A stretch of 64,000 nucleotides of DNA from positions 1,426,001-1,490,000 of the forward strand of contig OX337233.1 in NCBI GenBank assembly GCA_946965045.2. Reading direction: 5' to 3'. This document shows positions 33,779 to 42,637 of this stretch, one piece after another. The notes under the pieces are model-generated. The model searched no databases. It worked only from the letters and a program-made list of their open reading frames with translations, and was not told the origin of the DNA. How positions within the stretch are numbered: position 1 is the stretch's first letter; each line of letters starts with the position of its first letter. This stretch comes from Epithemia pelagica (Eukaryota; Protista; Bacillariophyta). A program made the translations under genes and the position numbers.

Positions 33779-35009
33779 TGCATCTAAAAGCTTTACCTCA
33801 AACAATCCAATGATTCTCAGACTCTCAAAACAAGCAGCGGGACTGTCTTCTCTCTTTCGTTTTGTCAATCAATCAGTAGTAGGAGTAAATCACAATTGAT
33901 TGAGGCGTGTGCAAGAATCGTTCAATGTGTAATGGATGGGATCCACAACACAAGAAGATTGAGCGCAAAGTCTTGTGGGAGTTGACAAGATTGGAGATTG
34001 GGTATATCCTCACCGCCACTCCACACACTGGATCGTTTGGACAACCACCCGAATCGTCAACCTGTAGTTCAGGAGCCTGTCTGGTCGATGGCTCCTCCTC
34101 TATGTTGTCGTTTTGGTTCGAGAAGGTTATTGTTGCCCTCTGTAAAGCGTTTGCCTTTGGACATTCTGACACCAAAGGGTCTTTCTCCCACCGACTTTAG
34201 AATCCTCAGCACATCGACTTCATAAAAAGAAAACTCTCGAATACGGAGTCAATGATAGTGTCACGCTAGATTTTATGTGACGGATGCGTCTACCCGCACC
34301 TTTTCGTATCTTCCTCGTAGTTAGCGTGACTAAGAGACAAGCGAAAACCAGCACCTCTAGGATAACCGCGCAAATACTCTCCCAACAAACAATACAAAGC
34401 CCAAAGTTGCAGACTGCTATGAATCTGTGAAACGCTAGACCAGTCTTCGAATATGTATCGGAGGCCCCTCAAGACAACAGAGACACGATGACTCTCTGTA
34501 GCTAGAGAATAAAGCCAAAGCGGTATTTGTCCTCGTTCATCGTTTGAGGACGACTTTCAAACCAAAAAAGTCCAAGGTTGTTGGAGGAGAAGTGATTTAC
34601 TTTGATGTTGATAGATCTGACGAACATCATTTTGCTTTGGTGTTTAGACGAAGAAGAAGGCATTGATATCCCAGTGGTTCGGAACTGGAGGAGGTGGTTG
34701 CACATAATAGATCGAAAGTCATGGTAGCTCAAGATGCGCGCCATCCGGTCCATACTTCCGCAACACACACCGACACCGACCGCCGACCGTGACCGTCCGC
34801 CGTCGCCATGGTTAGTTGCCATTTTTGTGGTTGTGATTTGTGTGCAGAAAACGGGAGAGCACGGGAGAGTGAATGGGGATCACGGTCATGACTGCATCTA
34901 TCTTTATTCGTACGAATACGATGCATGATGAATGGTCGTGCCCTCGTTCCTGCTCGTCCTCGTACCTCTTTCGGATTTGATGCCTTTTCCACGACGTGTT
35001 GACAACGGT

Positions 35010-35278
35010 GGGGGGCACTTCTTGCTTGTTTTCGCGCCGACCGAGTTACATTTTCTCCAAAAGTAACAATCGCTGTTACTTTTCCGGTTGGGGGGCACTC
35101 GGCAGCAAAACCTGACTGCTTCGATATGGTTCCTATTGAGGAAAAGGGATTGGTAATTGTTCCAATGTTGGAGACGAACTAATATGACGCCATCCTCCCA
35201 CGGTTCTGGTACAAGCGAACTCTATAGAGTCGAGAGTGCCAGCCCGTGAAATTGTTCCTGCTCGGGGGCACTCGGCAG
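35010..35278. promoter_or_regulatory. Candidate cis-element cluster upstream of the S41 peptidase
   Basis: GGGGGCACT occurs three times (35011, 35091, 35264), and two copies extend to GGGGGCACTCGGCAG. A perfect 10-bp inverted repeat AAAAGTAACA-5nt-TGTTACTTTT lies at 35059-35083. Confidence 0.4.
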
Positions 35279-35487
35279 TAGCCATTGCTTCTTTCCATCG
35301 TTGGCATCCTGCGATACATGGCAGTTGGCAGCCCTTTCGAACTTCGAAATGGGAACTTCGAAATGGTTCTTACCCAAGAAAGGGACTGATATTTGTTCCG
35401 AAGTGGCAGATAAAACGTGGTACAATCCTTCCAAGTTGTCCAACAAAGGTTCTCAAAAACGAATCATCAAGAAAGTCATCTGGAACC

Positions 35488-37140
35488 ATGCGTCTCGCAG
35501 TATTTTCAACCTTTGGCCTCGTAAGTGTCTGGCTTACCAATTCTCTGGTCCAAGCCAAGCACACGACAAATTCACGCTTTCGTCCGGGACGGGCCTCAAC
35601 TGGCGTATCGCCCCATGCAACGGCTACTTTTCTGCCTTCTCCTGAAAAGAAGAACCACAGGTCTCTCTCTCATCGATCCTTGGCACTCACGTTACCACCG
35701 CCTGGTATTTGGAGTACGCGTGGGTACGGTTTCGTTGTCCAAATCAATAATGATCAGAGCGTGGCGGTTTTGGAAGAAACCTCCATCAGTTGCGTCTTTG
35801 TTACGGATATCCTCGAGGATGTGGTGGATGGCATTGAGGTGGTGGACGCGAATACAGTCAAGTTTGATGTGGGCACGAACATCCCCTACACCCTAGACAA
35901 GATTGACGCCTTTCAGGGTGACTGTGCTAATGGATTAACTCCAGGAGATGGCACTGTCTTACAGGACTTTGACATTATTGTGGAAACGTTCAACCAGCAC
36001 TATTCCTACTTTGAGGATCGAGGCATTACCGACTGGCAAGGAATCACTTCTCAAGCACGTCAGAGTCTCACCACAAACTCCAACAATCAAGACCTCGCAT
36101 TTGTTTTGGAATCTATTCTAGGCCTGTTGACCGACCCTCATGTTTTCATATCGTTCGAAGCCTTCGACAATGAATTTGTCTCCAAACCCAATTCGTTCTT
36201 TGCGCGTCTTGACGATGAGGTTGAACAACAGACAAATGGCATAACAAGCAACGACTATTTCAATGGGCAGTTGTTGGGTTGGTTTGATACTTTGGCCACC
36301 TATGTTTCCGCGGACGGTCTCGATGGTACTCCTGGTCTAGTTTCTTGGGGTGGCAAGAACGTGGACGGTACGAATGTGGGATATTTGAATATCTTTACGT
36401 TTGGACCGGGGGATGAAAGTGGCTTTATCAACAGCTTTCGGACGGCCTTGGCACAGCTTGCTCTATCCGCCGATGTTTTGATCATTGACATTCGTGTGAA
36501 TACGGGTGGGAGTGACGTTTTGGCGGTTTTTCTTGCCTCACACTTTGCTTCCGAACGGACTCTGGCGTACACGCTACAGCCCCGTGACGGTCAGACTCAA
36601 GGAGGTCTCATTGAACCTGCTTCGGAAGTATACATGGAAACAGATGGTTTGGATATTACCTTTCCTTCGGACAAACCCATCTTTTTGCTCCAGAGCGATG
36701 CCTCTGTGAGTGCGGCCGAAACCTTTGCCTTATCCATGATCCAGCTTCCGCAAGTGACAACAGTAGGCGAGAATACTGCTGGGGCCTTGTCGGATACGAT
36801 GGAGCGTAACACACCCAACGGTTGGACCTTTGGTCTCTCCAATGAATACGTCAAAGCCCCCAATGGTGATGTTTATGAAGGTTTCGGTATTCCCGCAAAT
36901 GTAATCATCCCTGGACCTGTTCTCCCTTTGGCCGAGCGCGAAGCGGGAGTAGACACTTGGTTAGAGATTGCCATTGAGCAGGCAATCGGCGCAGTTGCCC
37001 CTTCCATGGCACCCTCTCAGTCACCAACCATTTCGACCTCGAGTCCTACTATGCCGGAATCGGGAAGCAGTCGCCTCTCAAGCTCGTTTCTCACCGTATG
37101 GGCTACGGTAGCTGTTGTAATTGGCGTGATCATTATGTGA
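35488..37140 (+). CDS. Secreted, probably GPI-anchored peptidase S41-family protein (550 aa)
   Basis: Signal peptide MRLAVFSTFGLVSVWLTNSLVQA. Motifs TFNQHYSYFEDRGITDW, LIIDIRVNTGG, SVSAAETF and VGENTAG. The protein ends in an S/T/P stalk and a hydrophobic C-terminus. No introns. Confidence 0.9.
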   Translation: MRLAVFSTFGLVSVWLTNSLVQAKHTTNSRFRPGRASTGVSPHATATFLPSPEKKNHRSLSHRSLALTLPPPGIWSTRGYGFVVQINNDQSVAVLEETSISCVFVTDILEDVVDGIEVVDANTVKFDVGTNIPYTLDKIDAFQGDCANGLTPGDGTVLQDFDIIVETFNQHYSYFEDRGITDWQGITSQARQSLTTNSNNQDLAFVLESILGLLTDPHVFISFEAFDNEFVSKPNSFFARLDDEVEQQTNGITSNDYFNGQLLGWFDTLATYVSADGLDGTPGLVSWGGKNVDGTNVGYLNIFTFGPGDESGFINSFRTALAQLALSADVLIIDIRVNTGGSDVLAVFLASHFASERTLAYTLQPRDGQTQGGLIEPASEVYMETDGLDITFPSDKPIFLLQSDASVSAAETFALSMIQLPQVTTVGENTAGALSDTMERNTPNGWTFGLSNEYVKAPNGDVYEGFGIPANVIIPGPVLPLAEREAGVDTWLEIAIEQAIGAVAPSMAPSQSPTISTSSPTMPESGSSRLSSSFLTVWATVAVVIGVIIM

Positions 37141-37564
37141 AAGAAATCGAAATAGGTCACAAAACCCTAATAAAAGGTCACAGAAAGATAATTTAGTCAA
37201 AGTTGAGAGAAATATTTATACAACACACACGAAGTCATAATGCAGTTGATCGACATGGTTTTCTGTTATTATCACAAACAGCTTAGTAAAGCCAAAGGAA
37301 TCTACCATACAGGTATTCACATAAATGCTTTGGTATGGAGTTGCTGCAATGCTTACGTGAATCGTCAGACAAATCGAACCTTGTGGAATGGAAAACACCT
37401 GAAACTTTCCATTACCTCAGTATTATCTTCTTTATAATCCTCGTTCGAGAAACGGCTACTCTACAATCACCAACCAGTATACAGACCAAACACCAACATT
37501 TTCACATGGTACTTCACCAAACAAGCACAAAACACAGACACATATACACGCGCGGTTCCCCCGT

Positions 37565-39931
37565 TTAGGACGATTCCTCAGGATTGTCATCGTCATCATG
37601 AAACAAAAATTGTTTCATGACGTGCCATCGTCGGGGAGACATGACACAATTGGCATGATTGGAATGGGGCCAATAAATCAAGTTGCAATTGTCAAAATTG
37701 CAATTGTCCTTCAAATGAGAGACATGTTCTTGAACCACGGGAGCCGGTACAATTTCGTCCTTGCCCGACAAGACAATGGTCCATCGATCCGGATTTTTCG
37801 CGGTGCTCGTTTCCTCGGTTTTTGGCAGGGTCGTATTAGTGTTGTTGCATGTCACATAGTCTTCCAACCACAATTCGGAATTGTACCAAAAAAAGTGTCG
37901 TCGAAGGTAATATTCGGTAAAGAGTTCGGTGGCCACCAAAAAACGAATGTGTGCCTTGTCTCGACCATCGTGTTCGTACAGAAACCGTGTCATGACGGTA
38001 GGATCCGACAAGAGCAATGTCACTGGATCCAACAAGACGACATGATCCAGCTGGGCCGACACCAAGTGTCGTCGACGCAACATCCAGGTAATGGGACAAG
38101 AACCAAAGGAATGGCCCATCAAGGTTAATTTGTGACGGTGTGTGGCCAAACCCAATTGGTCTAATATATCTTGTATTCCCTCGACGGTTTCTTGTTCCGA
38201 ATGACCATCAAAATTGGGCAAGGCATGAAAGTGACATGACACGGATGGGTTCTCGACCAGAACCAATTCCTGTTGCCTTTTCCCGAGCAAGGCTTGGATC
38301 ATGGGCAAATAACAAAGCACACCTGCGGGTGCAATGCCATGGAAAAACAAACAAACCTTGTGTTTGTTGCGCGGCGAGGATGCTGGTCGGTACCAAGCCA
38401 CCAAGGGAGGCGAACAACAGGTGTCATTGTTGTGTGTGCTTTTGCGACCATGGGCCGCGACACGTCGAAATCCAAACCAAGGCAAAAGCACATGTCGTGC
38501 GATTGACTGAGACGCTCCAACCAGGGCATAAACCATCCAAGGTCGATGTATCGAATTGACGGTTTCCAGTGAGATTCGACGCGGCTCGTACCAACATGGT
38601 TCGTCGTCTTCCTCCAAGACCAAACCCGTCAAGTCTCGGAGACTGTCCAAACATCCTTGGACGCCCTGTCGTTCGACCTTGTTCAAGTCAGCAACCTCCT
38701 TTACGTAAAAGGCCCAGGCAAAAAATTCAAAGACTGCGTATTGTTTCAATCCTGGAATCGTCCAGGGCACCAAGGCGGCTCGATGCGGTGTTGTTGTCGC
38801 AGTGCTGCTACTTCCTCCATCGTCGGATTGGATACTACTCACGTCACTCAAACTGCTGGCCAACGAGGAGGACTCCGTGCCTAACACATGCGGCAACTGG
38901 TTCACCGACGAGCTTCCCTGTCGATGCATGGTGGCTGTCGCCTTGTCCAACGATTTGGAGTGGGACTCTACCCTTGGTTTGTGTTCAAACCATTGCAGCA
39001 AAAATCCTCGAATCACTTCTTGATGACAAGATGTCGCCAGGGCTGCAAATTCGGATTGGTTCTTTTTCGTGCTCATATTATCAGGATTTGTTCTCTGCTC
39101 CTTGACTTGTTGTTGTTGCTGCTGCTGTTGCGCCGCCAGTCGCAAGGCCTTTTGTTCCAATCGACCGAGAATGCGTCGACACAGTCGAACGCGGTCCAAC
39201 GGCTCGGGATAATCATGACACAAATCACCAGCTCGATGTTGATTGGCATGAGGAATCAAATGCCAATGAAAGTAAAGATAAAAGACCAGCTCAGATGCGA
39301 CATAGAACATGAACAACAGCAACCAGAGGCGCCATCCATAATGAGAGGGGTCTGGGTCTTGTTCGATGCCGCCCTGAAACGCATCGGTCGTCCGCCAAAA
39401 GGGCGCTTGTCTGAGGAATGGATGAATCGCCCATTCCTTCCATTGGGAAACCAACATGGTCCAATCAGTCGACATGGCCTTGTGGTTATTGTTACTAGTG
39501 GTAGTCCTTGTTGTCAGTGTACTTGTTGTGCGTGGATACAGTCGATACCACCTCCTGTCAGAAACGGATCGATGCGACAAAGAATTGTTCCAAGGGGAAT
39601 GATGATGATAATAATAAGAAGAAGAATAGTTCGAAGGATGCGATCGGGTTGGATTCCCGTTTGCGAATGATCGGCTGGAGCTGCGGGCACACGGAACAAG
39701 TCGTAGTCGTCTTTGATGAGCGAGTCGTTGATGGGGTTTGAGAAGCGACCACAACACCGATCGTGTCGTGTCAAACACTATTGCCACTAGCCACTGTTTG
39801 CTGCTGGTTCGAGTTGTTGCTGTGATGGTGGTGAGGATTCTTCTGTTCGAGATGCTGCTGCTTCTCCTGCAGGTTGTTGAAAGGGTCCGCGAACAAAAAG
39901 ACACCAAACCAGCAGCAGAGACCAGAGACAT
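37565..39931 (-). CDS. Alpha/beta-hydrolase-fold protein with N-terminal extension and TM segment
   Basis: FFHGIAP, nucleophile elbow MGHSFG, LLDPV, LSGKDEIV and a C-terminal His (HSNHAN). Start uncertain. Confidence 0.8.
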   Translation of the reverse strand: MSLVSAAGLVSFCSRTLSTTCRRSSSISNRRILTTITATTRTSSKQWLVAIVFDTTRSVLWSLLKPHQRLAHQRRLRLVPCARSSSRSFANGNPTRSHPSNYSSSYYYHHHSPWNNSLSHRSVSDRRWYRLYPRTTSTLTTRTTTSNNNHKAMSTDWTMLVSQWKEWAIHPFLRQAPFWRTTDAFQGGIEQDPDPSHYGWRLWLLLFMFYVASELVFYLYFHWHLIPHANQHRAGDLCHDYPEPLDRVRLCRRILGRLEQKALRLAAQQQQQQQQVKEQRTNPDNMSTKKNQSEFAALATSCHQEVIRGFLLQWFEHKPRVESHSKSLDKATATMHRQGSSSVNQLPHVLGTESSSLASSLSDVSSIQSDDGGSSSTATTTPHRAALVPWTIPGLKQYAVFEFFAWAFYVKEVADLNKVERQGVQGCLDSLRDLTGLVLEEDDEPCWYEPRRISLETVNSIHRPWMVYALVGASQSIARHVLLPWFGFRRVAAHGRKSTHNNDTCCSPPLVAWYRPASSPRNKHKVCLFFHGIAPAGVLCYLPMIQALLGKRQQELVLVENPSVSCHFHALPNFDGHSEQETVEGIQDILDQLGLATHRHKLTLMGHSFGSCPITWMLRRRHLVSAQLDHVVLLDPVTLLLSDPTVMTRFLYEHDGRDKAHIRFLVATELFTEYYLRRHFFWYNSELWLEDYVTCNNTNTTLPKTEETSTAKNPDRWTIVLSGKDEIVPAPVVQEHVSHLKDNCNFDNCNLIYWPHSNHANCVMSPRRWHVMKQFLFHDDDDNPEESS

Positions 39932-40494
39932 CAACAGACGCCAATTGATATGGACAAGAGACGAAGATGAAGGAGAGAGTGCGCCGTATTTTTGATCATG
40001 AATTTACTGTTATCCCGCTTCATGGCGTGTGGCTGTGGCGCCCAACGGACTCACGTGCACGCTCGTTGCCGTTGGAGGAGGGTTACTTTCCAGAGACATT
40101 CTACATTAACAGGCCAACAAATATTATTTGAATGTGGAAATGGACGCTCAGGTGTATGTGTGACCTTTCGTAGACCCTTATCTACTCCCTCTACCTCTAG
40201 AGTCGGTTTCCTCTAGGAGTAAGCTCTAAGGGACAACAATATTCCTCAAACCACCGCGAGCAAGTCATCATCTTCCATTGATCCATTCGAATGAGAACAA
40301 AGATGAGAGACGAAGGAATCGTTCAACAAGAGCTAGCTTCATTAACGATAGCAACGGAAACATTTCAAAGTAGGTGGTCTACCATTGGGGACTGTCTGAC
40401 ACCAGAACACGCAATGGAGTTCCAAATGTTACTACATGGGGACCTGTCACTCTCTGTTCCGTTCCTACCAGGGTCGATTGGTTCATATTCCACT

Positions 40495-41772
40495 CTAGGA
40501 CAATCCGGGCACGGACTGAACGGAGGAATGACACAAACATCCATCCAACACCTCCTTTTCGGCAGGAGCCGTCACGGGATTTTCCGAATAAAAGGCCTTT
40601 AATTGAATCGATTTGGTTTCCCCAGGCATGATGACAAAATCGACAGCGATTGGCTTTTGTTGCAAGGCGTCAGATGACGAGTCTTGATTCTCGTTCGTGG
40701 CCTCCCCAGTCTCGTCGTCCTTCGTCGTTGTTGAGGATTGCTCCGAACGTGATTGTCGGCGTTCCACGGGCTCCCCTTTCGATTCTTTCATCAAATTACC
40801 GTACTCTTCATTGTAAAGAAAACCAAGAACTTTTCCATCCTGATCCACCATGTAGGCAATCTTTAATATCCAACCAGTGGTTTCATCCACATTGGGCAGG
40901 CTGGTTTGTAAGTTTACCAGGATGGGTTCTGTATCATCATCAACTCTTTTCCACAATGGTGTCTCCTTGTTAGAACGCTCTGGAACAGTTTGACGAAAGG
41001 AAGGTCCTTGTTCTTGGAGAAAAGTGGACCAAAGAGACCAATCAATGATTGGCATGTCAATGGATCGTTGTTCCTCTGGTCTACTAAAAGCGAGTTCAAT
41101 ATCTTGAACCATTTCTTGTTTCATCTCATGGCCGACCAGCAAGTAAAGATTCATGTATTGCATTAGACAGTTCTGATGCGGAGAAAAGTATCGGACACAT
41201 CGCACTGCCCCGTCCTTGACCTTCTCATTGTCCTTGAAACATCGCTCGAGTTTCCTCCAGTAGGGTCTACATGGTCCTTGTCGGAATGTGTTGCACATGG
41301 AACAGTCCGTCGGTTCATCTTCTTCTGGCAAATTTTCATATGGATCCTCCTCCTCTTCTGCTTCTTCTTTATTCTCTTTTTCACTTTGCGCATCGGTTTC
41401 GCTAGAGTAGTCGGAAACCACAGAGTGGTCTACCACCACGGCTCCCTGATCACAATTGGTGGTCGTCACTGTCCAGGGGCGAATGATGCTCTCGTCTTTT
41501 TGATTTGATGCGACAGCTCCAGCAGCAAACACTATCATTGCCGCTGCAGATACGACGCTGTGGCTGTTGTTGGAACGATGATATGTCTCGTTGCCAGCTG
41601 TTGTTGAAAACGACGCAACTGCCAAACGTGAAGCAGTGTTCTTCCATCGCGAGTCTATTGCACCCGTACTGACAAGATTATTTCTTGGATATCGACAAAA
41701 CTGATCATATCGCCTTGGGCACAGTCTTCGACCAAGCGAACGCATGGTGCCGTCACAGCGGATGCTGTTCAT
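40495..41772 (-). CDS. Mitochondrial GCK-domain / twin-CX9C (Mia40-like) protein (~425 aa)
   Basis: Presequence MNSIRCDGTMRSLGRRLCPRR..., hydrophobic stretch VVSAAAMIVFAAGAVAS, acidic linker, then CSMC-NTFRQGP-CX9C-X13-CX9C...QYMNLY. Confidence 0.8.
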   Translation of the reverse strand: MNSIRCDGTMRSLGRRLCPRRYDQFCRYPRNNLVSTGAIDSRWKNTASRLAVASFSTTAGNETYHRSNNSHSVVSAAAMIVFAAGAVASNQKDESIIRPWTVTTTNCDQGAVVVDHSVVSDYSSETDAQSEKENKEEAEEEEDPYENLPEEDEPTDCSMCNTFRQGPCRPYWRKLERCFKDNEKVKDGAVRCVRYFSPHQNCLMQYMNLYLLVGHEMKQEMVQDIELAFSRPEEQRSIDMPIIDWSLWSTFLQEQGPSFRQTVPERSNKETPLWKRVDDDTEPILVNLQTSLPNVDETTGWILKIAYMVDQDGKVLGFLYNEEYGNLMKESKGEPVERRQSRSEQSSTTTKDDETGEATNENQDSSSDALQQKPIAVDFVIMPGETKSIQLKAFYSENPVTAPAEKEVLDGCLCHSSVQSVPGLS

Positions 41773-42637
41773 GGTGAAATGTTGTAGAATGAGGTGGTCC
41801 AGAAGCCCCAACGAAAAAGATGCGATCCCCATCCATCCAAATCTTTTGAGGGTTGGCGGTCGCACATTAGAGCGTAAAAGAAGTGGTGGCGTTTGCAAAA
41901 TCTATTTACTACTCCTATTTACTGTTGTTTCGTCCTCCGTCATGGATAGTTCATGAATTGGAGTTGCTGTCACTTTTCTCTCCCTGACGATGGGCAGTTT
42001 CATGCATGCCTCCTCCATAAGTGCACACAAAGCTCTAGAAAATAGTGCCATCGTTAAATTCCAAACCTAGAGTGGGTTGGGATTGCTTTTCAATCGGGTC
42101 TTTAGTTCTAGGTATTATGCTCGTCACGAGACCGTGTCACCCAGTCATTATCGCTCATAGATCAAAGGAATCTCAGTACCGATAAGGATTTGTTTCTATT
42201 TGGAGTATCATATGCTGGTTCCTTTGTCTTGTTCTCTACGGCTTACTGGTCATGTTTTAGCGTGATGTTACGATCAGGAACTTTATTATCAACGCCGCTT
42301 TTTCGTGAACATGTTCTTTTCCTGAGGTTTACTCTCCAACACAAGATTGAATCAAATGGAATAAGGCTCTAGATATGGGTGAATCGGGAATTAAGAAGTT
42401 TCAAATCAGCGAAGAAGATAAGATGACGCTAAGAACACTTCGTTACCGGAGTGTATTACGGCATGAACATTCGACATGTTCGTTGACTTTTGAATGGAAC
42501 CCTTCCTTTGATGTTAAAATGCAAGTGGGTATCCAGATTGTCCTGGAAAGGGACAATCAATTGAATGTTTGAAAATGATGTACTCCTGCAACTCCTCTGT
42601 CCACACGCGGCAAACAACTGGATCAGTTCTCCCAAGC

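Noticed and set aside
38888-39670. 260-aa plus-strand ORF (likewise 11434-12147, 13361-13981, 14168-14809, 42569-43360, 43192-43827)
   Set aside because: These are antisense or alternate-frame shadows of well-supported genes.
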